Origin: a virus
DNA: 64,000 nt
Virus record (IMG/VR): IMGVR_UViG_3300020182_000025
Direction: 5' to 3' (one strand)
Below, in pieces: positions 62,566 through 64,000 of the stretch. A model generated the notes under the pieces. It did not search any database, had not been told where the DNA came from, and saw only the letters and a list, made by a program, of their open reading frames with translations. Both the position numbers and the translations under genes were made by a program. Every line of letters begins with the position of its first letter. Positions within the stretch are counted from its first letter, which is position 1.

Positions 62566-63623
62566 ACATGATCCTGTGCTTCAACATACAGCGTTTGAAG
62601 TAGTGATTTCAACTTTTCTTTATCAACACTTACTTCGATGCCGTCAACATAATCTTTTAACAGAGACATAGTATCTTCTAAGTCTACATCTTCACCAACT
62701 GCTTCATCTTCAAAGTCAGATAAGTCTTCGATGATTTTTAACTCAATCAAATTGCATTGATATAAGTTATCTATAAAGGCATCAAACTTGGCAAAGTCAG
62801 TCTTCTTTGATACAATTACTTTTACGCAACCGTCACGAACTGAGTCATAATCGTAAACAAAATTGCCATGAAAAGATCCGGTATCGGTGTCATCATAATA
62901 GATTTTGTGGAAAATTCTAACTGGGTTATTAACATATTCAAGTTCTTTTTTATGTGTGTCATAAATTGCAAAGCCTCGTGGGTCGTCATAGTCTGACCAA
63001 GTTATCTCGTAAGGATTACCCATGTATGTAATATTACCTTTAGTATGCCTGTGATGAAAGTGACCGCTAATAACCATAGGCAAATGCTTAAACATGCCAG
63101 GATCCATACCATGAGGATTAGGGGATCCACGATACATGTCATAGCCAGAGAACTCAAAGTGTCCCAGACAGATATCAGCTTTTGATTTAGAGATGATTTC
63201 GAATGACTCTTCATAGTTTTCATTACATATCCAAGGCACAAATAGTACTGTGCTTTCGCCCATCTTAATTTCTGTGACTTTTTCGTACAGAGATATATTG
63301 TCGTACTCTCTGAGCAAAAGTCCTGGGGAATTTACATCGTTTGTATTTTTAAAGTAAGTATCATGATTACCAGGGATCATATGCAAGTCTATATTCATTT
63401 CCTGCAAACGATCAAAGAAGTATTCTTTACAACTCTGTAGTGTATTGTAGTTGATATACTTTCTTCGATCAAATGTATCTCCTAAATCAAATACAGTTTT
63501 GATACCTTGACGCTCAAGCTCTGGAAAGAATGTTTCTTCATAGAACTTTTTAAAGTGTGCGTCAAATGCAATCGAATCACTTCTTGCGCCGAAGTGAAGG
63601 TCTGTTACCATTGCAAATTTCAA
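62562..63623 (-). CDS. 47: Recombination exonuclease nuclease subunit (gp47/Mre11-like), likely TTG start at 63623
   Basis: TDLHFG, LGDTFDRR, GNHD, GHFH, GNPYE..WSD. Confidence 0.93.
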   Translation of the reverse strand: MKFAMVTDLHFGARSDSIAFDAHFKKFYEETFFPELERQGIKTVFDLGDTFDRRKYINYNTLQSCKEYFFDRLQEMNIDLHMIPGNHDTYFKNTNDVNSPGLLLREYDNISLYEKVTEIKMGESTVLFVPWICNENYEESFEIISKSKADICLGHFEFSGYDMYRGSPNPHGMDPGMFKHLPMVISGHFHHRHTKGNITYMGNPYEITWSDYDDPRGFAIYDTHKKELEYVNNPVRIFHKIYYDDTDTGSFHGNFVYDYDSVRDGCVKVIVSKKTDFAKFDAFIDNLYQCNLIELKIIEDLSDFEDEAVGEDVDLEDTMSLLKDYVDGIEVSVDKEKLKSLLQTLYVEAQDHV

Positions 63624-63624
63624 A

Positions 63625-64000
63625 TTAAAACCACTCTGGGATTTGTCGTTTAGTCCACTTAGCAAAGTCTCGCTTGTAAATGCGATAGTAATTGCGATAC
63701 GCTTCTACTACATTAGATAGTTTAGCATCATCTGGCATTGCCTGTGGAAGTTCTGTAAGTACACCATTAGGTATATTTGATGGTGTATTACATAGTATAC
63801 TTTCTAATTTGCTTTGTGTCAAGTGAATTCTGCCGTAGCGGTGAGTATATTCCTGACACAAAGCAATCCACATACTATGCATATATTCATAGTTTGCTTT
63901 AGTAGCTCTTGTCCATACACCAGATGGATGATTAACGTGCGATGCCTTATACACATTTTTCTCTAAGACTTCATCCGACAAGCGCCAGCGTTTAATGTTG
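63625..64000 (-). CDS. Pyrimidine-dimer DNA glycosylase (DenV-like family), 5' end outside window
   Basis: Frame open to 64000; HVNHPS..W....NY, LCQEYTHRYG..H, QAMP, AYRNYY...K..FAKW..R..PEWF. Confidence 0.75.
   Translation of the reverse strand, partial: NIKRWRLSDEVLEKNVYKASHVNHPSGVWTRATKANYEYMHSMWIALCQEYTHRYGRIHLTQSKLESILCNTPSNIPNGVLTELPQAMPDDAKLSNVVEAYRNYYRIYKRDFAKWTKRQIPEWF

Noticed and set aside
1-64000. tRNA genes or stop-codon reassignment
   Set aside because: No cloverleaf with a T-loop/anticodon arm was seen in intergenic DNA, and core genes translate full length in the standard code

Overview
This window is part of the genome of a large, AT-rich, T4-like dsDNA phage. Spanins, IscU and ErpA point to a Gram-negative host, probably a proteobacterium (inference). 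Almost all genes are on the minus strand. Read right to left: DenV-like glycosylase (partial), gp47/gp46, peptide deformylase, ClpP-like protease, VWA/MoxR pair, gp45, gp44, gp62, regA, fatty-acid desaturase, Hsp20, SNase, TAGT-type glycosyltransferase, gp43 polymerase, UDP-glucose dehydrogenase, UvsX, gp41 helicase, a small early cluster, a late block (ligase-like DUF6267, nucleotidyltransferase, lysozyme, lipase, spanins, proteins with capsid-targeting N-termini), primase, thyX, nrdA/nrdB, dCMP deaminase, RNase H, MazG, GroES, a sulfation/Fe-S cluster (APS kinase, sulfotransferase, iscU, erpA), a repeat-rich non-coding block (about 2.3-3.07 kb) and a second early cluster. Sigma70-type early promoters and T4 late promoters (TATAAATA) are both visible. 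Best leads: (1) a GIY-YIG nuclease fused to an apparently inactive tyrosine-recombinase domain, beside a phased repeat array with an antisense consensus promoter; (2) a native gene split by a roughly 0.95-kb insert whose ends are a permuted YopX gene; (3) an Fe-S toolkit that includes a 36-aa Bfd-like ferredoxin missed by the ORF track; (4) a possible split PAPS/sulfation pathway; (5) a late, capsid-targeted ligase-like DUF6267; (6) a ROSE-like hsp20 leader. I saw no tRNA, CRISPR array, intron, intein or reverse transcriptase. All family assignments come from motif recognition by eye; no searches were run.
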